In this document: in pieces, positions 58,955 through 64,000 of the stretch
How positions within the stretch are numbered: the stretch's first letter is position 1
Layout of the letters: the number at the start of each line of letters is the position of its first letter
DNA from: Desulfosudaceae bacterium
GTDB taxonomy: Bacteria > Desulfobacterota > Desulfobacteria > Desulfobacterales > Desulfosudaceae
DNA length: 64,000 nt
Direction of reading: 5' to 3'
NCBI GenBank assembly: GCA_963674745.2
Contig: CAXXDV010000003.1
Span: 1,568,001-1,632,000 of the forward strand
The notes under the pieces: generated by a model
What the model was told of the DNA's origin: nothing
What the model saw: only the letters and a program-made list of their open reading frames with translations
Databases searched by the model: none
Translations under genes and position numbers: made by a program

Positions 58955-59554
58955 ATGAAAAAATTCATCTTCCGCTCCGTCCTGTCAATTTCCATACTAT
59001 TGTTGGCTGTCAGCGTCTCTTATGCGGACAGTTTCAGCTTTAGATTATTGGCCAACCGGTCTGCCATTGACGGTGGCTTTGATGCCGTTACCAATGTGAA
59101 TGACAACAATTTCGTTACCGGTGTCAGCGGGGTATATAATGAGGATGAATATGAAATCGTATTTGCCAGGGCAATGATCAAAAACAAGCTGCCTATTAAT
59201 GGATTAGAGGGAATGCTCGGATTCAAGGGAGCCTGGGGAGAAGCCGAAAAGCACCGGCTTGATGGCGACCTGTCAAACGTCGCGTTTGCCCTTTCAGTCG
59301 CTTATGATCTAGCCATCGCCTATTCAGCGCAAATTCCCGTTACCCTTTCAGCAACCGCCAGTTTTGCACCCCAACCCCTTTGTTTTCGGGATTCGAATGA
59401 ATTTTTTGAAGCACTTGCGGAGATTGACTGGAAAGTTTTAAAAAATGCGGCTCTGGTGGCCCGCTATCGGTATATTGAAATCGATTTTGATAAAGGCACC
59501 CGGTGGGAAAAGAAGGACAGCACCGGATATGTGGGTTTAAAATTTTCTTTTTAA
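58955..59554 (+). CDS. Outer-membrane beta-barrel protein (YfaZ-like)
   Basis: Signal peptide, alternating beta-strand pattern, terminal GLKFSF. Confidence 0.75.
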   Translation: MKKFIFRSVLSISILLLAVSVSYADSFSFRLLANRSAIDGGFDAVTNVNDNNFVTGVSGVYNEDEYEIVFARAMIKNKLPINGLEGMLGFKGAWGEAEKHRLDGDLSNVAFALSVAYDLAIAYSAQIPVTLSATASFAPQPLCFRDSNEFFEALAEIDWKVLKNAALVARYRYIEIDFDKGTRWEKKDSTGYVGLKFSF

Positions 59555-59557
59555 TTC

Positions 59558-59963
59558 CTACAGGCCTTTAGGCCGGCCGTTTTTATCCCATCCGCGGAGT
59601 TTATAATACCGGGAAAGCATCTTTTCCAGTTCGATTCCGGGCCAGCCATCTTCCCGGACCTCATTTAAGATGCGGTCAGGCAGGGTGTCATCGGCCCGGG
59701 TAATCCCTTCCCGGCAGTTCATGTACCGTTCCAGGTTGAAAGTGCGCTCGCCGGCAGTGTAAAAATCTTTTGAGGTGACGTTGTATCCCATGATGCCGGA
59801 CAGCAGCGCGGCATAGTCGGAAAGATCGGTTGTGGCAACCGCTATGGCAGGAAGGTAGCGCATCAACAGGCGCATGATGGGGATGGGGGTGTGCCTGTAT
59901 ATGAAATTCTCTTCTAAAAACGGAAATTCGGTCCATATGCAGAAGATGGCCGAGTTTACCGCT
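59558..59963 (-). pseudogene. Duplicated 3' fragment of aldehyde:ferredoxin oxidoreductase
   Basis: 59561-59963 is nearly identical to 63176-63578. Confidence 0.9.
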
Positions 59964-60086
59964 GCAGAAAACCGGCGATTTTGAAAAAAAGGCTTGAGTT
60001 GCCCGGATTATCGGGCGAGACGATTGCCTGGTCCGTTACTGTAAAATGAAATATAAAAGTTTTAACACACTTACCTGAGGAGGAAG

Positions 60087-60992
60087 ATGATGACAGGCGA
60101 AAAAACGGTTGAAGGGGAAAGCACTTGCGATATGGATTTTGACATGTACCTTGATGATGTGGCCCTTGCACAAAAAATTCTGGCCAGTGCCGATAAAAAT
60201 GACGAAAAAATCAGTGACGCGGGCATCGTGTTTGCTTTGCGGAACCTGCTGAAGATGAAATATTATCCCGTTGCGGTAAAATATTTTTTTGACGAAAAAG
60301 AACTCAAAGAATTTAAAAGCCATGCGACATACAAGGTGTCCCTGCATCCCGTCACCTTCTGCGCCTATGTGGCGGCAAGTAGGCAGCGGGGCGACATTTT
60401 GCTTGGAACCGCCGACAGAGTCGGCTGTTCCAATGCGAAGTACGTTCTGAACTGGAAAGAGCTGGATGAGGGCGAGATTAAAAGCCACCTTAAATACACA
60501 AAGGACCGGGCCCAGGCGGAAAAATTCGTAAAGACCAAAAAGCGGATGCCCAAGGCCCCCCTGGCGTTTGCCACCGCCCCGCTTCACAAGGCGCCCTTCA
60601 AGCCGGACCTGATCCATGGTATGTGCGACACGCTTCAGTCATATCATCTTGCAAACGACTGGAATGCCGCGTTTGACAGCCATCCTTTTGAAATGGTGAT
60701 GACAATGAATTCTTCCATCTGTCACGGCTGCGTCCAGTGTTTTGTAGTGGATAAATTCAATATTACCCAGATGTGCAGCAGCAGCTATACCGCCGGAAAG
60801 ACGGAACAGGGTGAAATTAACTGGATTATGCCTTACGCGCAGATGGAGCCCACAGTTCACTGGATGCTTGAGCGGACCGTCCGTGATGGTGGCGTCTCTT
60901 TAACGAGAACAGGAGAGACCTATCCGGGATTTGATATTTGTAAGCTTTGTCCTTTTCTGGTTTTCAAAAAACCCAGACAGGAGGCGGTGTAA
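60087..60992 (+). CDS. DUF169-like protein
   Basis: YYPVAVK, TFCAYV..SR, C.NA..VL, PF.PDL. Confidence 0.75.
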   Translation: MMTGEKTVEGESTCDMDFDMYLDDVALAQKILASADKNDEKISDAGIVFALRNLLKMKYYPVAVKYFFDEKELKEFKSHATYKVSLHPVTFCAYVAASRQRGDILLGTADRVGCSNAKYVLNWKELDEGEIKSHLKYTKDRAQAEKFVKTKKRMPKAPLAFATAPLHKAPFKPDLIHGMCDTLQSYHLANDWNAAFDSHPFEMVMTMNSSICHGCVQCFVVDKFNITQMCSSSYTAGKTEQGEINWIMPYAQMEPTVHWMLERTVRDGGVSLTRTGETYPGFDICKLCPFLVFKKPRQEAV

Positions 60993-61173
60993 AACCACCT
61001 TGTTTCAGAAGCCGGGCCGGCTATTCAGGGAACAACGGATCAATCACAGCCAGAACCGGGAGAAGCATGAGCTGGTACTTGAAGCATTCCGTTTTTCTGT
61101 TCTTTTTTATCTCTTTGATAATGTTCTAAAGAAGACAATACCGGCCCGACAATAAATAAAAAGGAACGTCCCC

Positions 61174-63168
61174 ATGAAAAAAAATATGTTAAAGATCGCT
61201 GTCGTTCTTATACTTGGGCTGATGCTCATTTCGATTGGATGCGACAAAAAAAATCCTTACTCTCCTGATGCTGATTCCCAGGGGCATACCGCACCAACAG
61301 CCTTTACAACAGCGCTTAATGACAAGGTCCTGACGGAACTCCCTTTTGACGATCGCCAGGATTTTGTCGACTGCAAAAGAGGGTTAATCGCCGCTGACCC
61401 GGATTTAACAGTCAAGAGCGCAAAAGGCAACGTCATCTGGGACCAGCCCGCTTACAAATTTGTTAAGGGTGACGCCCCGGAAAGCGTCAATCCCAGTCTT
61501 TGGCGACAGGCCCGGTTAAACAGCATCCACGGCCTGTTTAAGGTGACGGATGGAATCTATCAACTCCGTGGTTTTTGTCTTTCCAATATGACCATTATTG
61601 AAGGCAAAACCGGTTGGATTATTATCGATCCTCTTACCACCAGGGAAACAGCTGCCAGGGCCATTGCATTTGCCCGCAAGCATCTGGAGAGCAAGCCCAT
61701 TATGGCGATTATTTATACACACAGTCACCTCGATCATTTTGGGGGGGTACTGGGGGTGATATCGCCTGAGGAAGCAGCCAGGCGTAATGTTCGTATTATT
61801 GCACCCCAAGGATTTATGGAGGCGGCCACCAGCGAAAACATCATTGCCGGCACAGCCATGGGGCGCCGGGCCGCATATATGTATGGCAAAAACCTGGCGC
61901 CCTCCGAACGGGGGCATGTGGACAACGGGCTGGGAAAACAAACGCCTTTTGGAAGCTTTAGCATCATGGCTCCCACCGAGCTGGTGGATAGAACCGGCCA
62001 GGAGATGACCATCGATGGGATTCACTTTGTGTTTCAATACGCGCCGGAATCAGAAGCACCCGCGGAGCTGACCTTTTATCTGCCCGAGATTAAAACTTTT
62101 TGCGGCGCGGAAGTACTTTCGCACAACATGCACAATCTCTATACGCTACGCGGAGCCAAGATTCGTGACGCGCTCAAATGGAGCCACTATATTGATGAGG
62201 CCATTAACCTGTTCGGCGATGCTAAAATTTATTTCGGCTGCCATCATTGGCCTATATGGGGCAATGAGCGGATAATTGATTTTTTAAAAAAACAGCGGGA
62301 CCTTTATAAATACATCCACGACCAAACAATCAGACTGGCTAATGAAGGCTATACCCCGAAAGAAATTGCCGAACAGATTGAACTGCCCGAATCCCTGAGC
62401 ACGGTTTTTTACAATCGGGGATATTACGGAACCCTGCGGCATAATTCAAAAGCGGTTTATCAGGCTTATTTTGGCTGGTATGACGCCAATCCCGCGAACC
62501 TTAATCCTTTGCCGCCCCGGGAGGCGGGCAAGCGATATGTCGCGTATATGGGTGGTGCTGAAGAAATTCTTGCCAAGGCTCAGGCCTCTTATGAAAAAGG
62601 CGAATACCGCTGGGTTGCCCAGGTGCTTAATCATCTGGTATTTGCCGAACCTGACAATGTCAAGGCAAAAGAATTGCTGGCCCGCGCCTATGACCAGCTT
62701 GGCTATCAGTCGGAAGCCGGTCCTTGGCGCAATGTTTATCTGACCGGAGCAGACGAGCTGCGTCACGGGGCGCCTGCAGAAGGAGTCGATCTTATTGGTT
62801 TTTATGAGGTTTTAAGAAGGACCGAAGTGTCTGCTTTTTTTGACAGCATGGCCGTAAGGCTGAACGGTCCCAAAGCCGGAGAAAAACAAATGGCGATAAA
62901 CGTGATTTTCACGGACCTGGATGAGAGCCATGTTTTGACAATTGAAAACGGGGTACTGCATCATAAAAAAGCCGCCCCGGACCCGGAAGCAAATGCCACT
63001 ATAAAAGTGACGCATGAACTTTTTGTGCGTATGCTCTCCGGTCTGGCAGGCATTAAAGAGACGATATTCTCTGACTCGCTTGAAACCAGCGGCAGCCGGA
63101 TTGATCTGGTGCGCTTTTTGATGTTGTTTGATAAGCCCGACGGCCTTTTCCCTATTGTAACGCCTTAG
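61174..63168 (+). CDS. Alkyl sulfatase (SdsA1/BDS1-like MBL) lipoprotein
   Basis: Lipobox SIGC, NPSLWRQ, YTHSHLDHFGG, HHWP, C-terminal SCP2-like domain. Confidence 0.92.
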   Translation: MKKNMLKIAVVLILGLMLISIGCDKKNPYSPDADSQGHTAPTAFTTALNDKVLTELPFDDRQDFVDCKRGLIAADPDLTVKSAKGNVIWDQPAYKFVKGDAPESVNPSLWRQARLNSIHGLFKVTDGIYQLRGFCLSNMTIIEGKTGWIIIDPLTTRETAARAIAFARKHLESKPIMAIIYTHSHLDHFGGVLGVISPEEAARRNVRIIAPQGFMEAATSENIIAGTAMGRRAAYMYGKNLAPSERGHVDNGLGKQTPFGSFSIMAPTELVDRTGQEMTIDGIHFVFQYAPESEAPAELTFYLPEIKTFCGAEVLSHNMHNLYTLRGAKIRDALKWSHYIDEAINLFGDAKIYFGCHHWPIWGNERIIDFLKKQRDLYKYIHDQTIRLANEGYTPKEIAEQIELPESLSTVFYNRGYYGTLRHNSKAVYQAYFGWYDANPANLNPLPPREAGKRYVAYMGGAEEILAKAQASYEKGEYRWVAQVLNHLVFAEPDNVKAKELLARAYDQLGYQSEAGPWRNVYLTGADELRHGAPAEGVDLIGFYEVLRRTEVSAFFDSMAVRLNGPKAGEKQMAINVIFTDLDESHVLTIENGVLHHKKAAPDPEANATIKVTHELFVRMLSGLAGIKETIFSDSLETSGSRIDLVRFLMLFDKPDGLFPIVTP

Positions 63169-64000
63169 CCTCGTGCAGACCTTTAGGACGGCCGTTTTTA
63201 TCCCATCCGCGGAGTTTATAATACCGGGAAAGCATCTTTTCCAGTTCGATTCCGGGCCAGCCATCTTCCCGGACCTCATTTAAGATGCGGTCCGGCAGGG
63301 TGTCATCGGCCCGGGTAATCCCTTCCCGGCAGTTCATGTAACGTTCCAGGTTGAAAGTGCGCTCGCCGGCAGTGTAAAAATCATTCGGGGTGACGTTGTA
63401 TCCCATGATGCCGGACAACAGCGCGGCATAGTCGGAAAGGTCGGTTGTGGCGACCGCTATGGCAGGAAGGTAGCGCATCAACAGGCGCATGATGGGGATG
63501 GGGGTGTGCCTGTATATGAAATTCTCTTCTAAAAACGGAAATTCGGTCCATATGCAGAAGATGGCCGAGTTTACCGCTTCGGTCAGGTCCTGCATGAACT
63601 TGACGAAATGGGCCTTGCCCCTGGTGCCGAGCGGGCTGAGGTAGGAGTCCGCCTCAATGGCATGCGTGCTGCCCGACAGATGGGTGGCGCCGCTGTTGGC
63701 TGTGGCATACCCCAGTCCCTGTCCGGTACATCCCCGGGGATCATAGGCCGCCATTTCAAGCCCCTTGACGTGAATGGCAAATTCCGCGCCGCCCCTTTTT
63801 TCGGACAACGTTCTGACGCCTTCGGCCAGTTCGTTTCCCAGTCCGCGCCGATAGGCAATATCCACGATTATTTCTTCAATACCGTTCGGGTTGCCGAAGG
63901 CGAGGTCGCTTTTCAGCAGGCCTTTTTCCGTTAATTCCATGGCAAAGCCGATGACATTGCCGGTGCTGATGGTATCCATGCCGAGCCGGTTCAACAGCTC
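63152..64000 (-). CDS. aor: Aldehyde:ferredoxin oxidoreductase (5' part outside window)
   Basis: LGMDTIS, LAEG, VKGLE..AYDPRG, GERTFNLER, YYKLRGWD..G.P. Confidence 0.9.
   Translation of the reverse strand, partial: ELLNRLGMDTISTGNVIGFAMELTEKGLLKSDLAFGNPNGIEEIIVDIAYRRGLGNELAEGVRTLSEKRGGAEFAIHVKGLEMAAYDPRGCTGQGLGYATANSGATHLSGSTHAIEADSYLSPLGTRGKAHFVKFMQDLTEAVNSAIFCIWTEFPFLEENFIYRHTPIPIMRLLMRYLPAIAVATTDLSDYAALLSGIMGYNVTPNDFYTAGERTFNLERYMNCREGITRADDTLPDRILNEVREDGWPGIELEKMLSRYYKLRGWDKNGRPKGLHEAKALQ

Noticed and set aside
59561..63578. Diversity-generating retroelement TR/VR pair
   Set aside because: No reverse transcriptase. Differences are few, largely synonymous and not one-directional at adenines.

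Overview
This 64-kb window looks like an accessory region of an anaerobic deltaproteobacterium (Desulfobacterales-like; inferred from gene content, not from a marker gene). It holds about 45 functionally unrelated genes: a glycyl radical enzyme, many hydrolases, TetR regulators, an MCP, a trimeric autotransporter, glycosyltransferases, HD/HD-GYP proteins, a hybrid kinase, GH51 and an aldehyde:ferredoxin oxidoreductase. The main signal is intergenic. Almost every gene or small operon is bracketed by copies of three non-coding repeat families. Family A is AAAGT-GGGGACGTC...GACGTCCCC-TTATCCC. Family B runs from CCGGGGTCGGACC through a TTGACA-17-TATAAA promoter to CTTATCC. Family C/D is GAATTCCGG(TGCC/GGAC)AGTATAC. 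The repeats are mostly co-oriented, carry short junction duplications, and often sit next to truncated genes. A REP-associated HUH tyrosine transposase (RAYT-like, 21115-22254) lies inside the region with a family A end just upstream. Together this suggests an integron-like gene-cassette array built by an HUH transposase/REP system, which is an inference. An IS110/IS1111 element is inserted in a family D repeat, and its downstream non-coding region contains guide segments matching both that repeat and its own circle junction. All annotations come from reading motifs by eye; no database searches were run.
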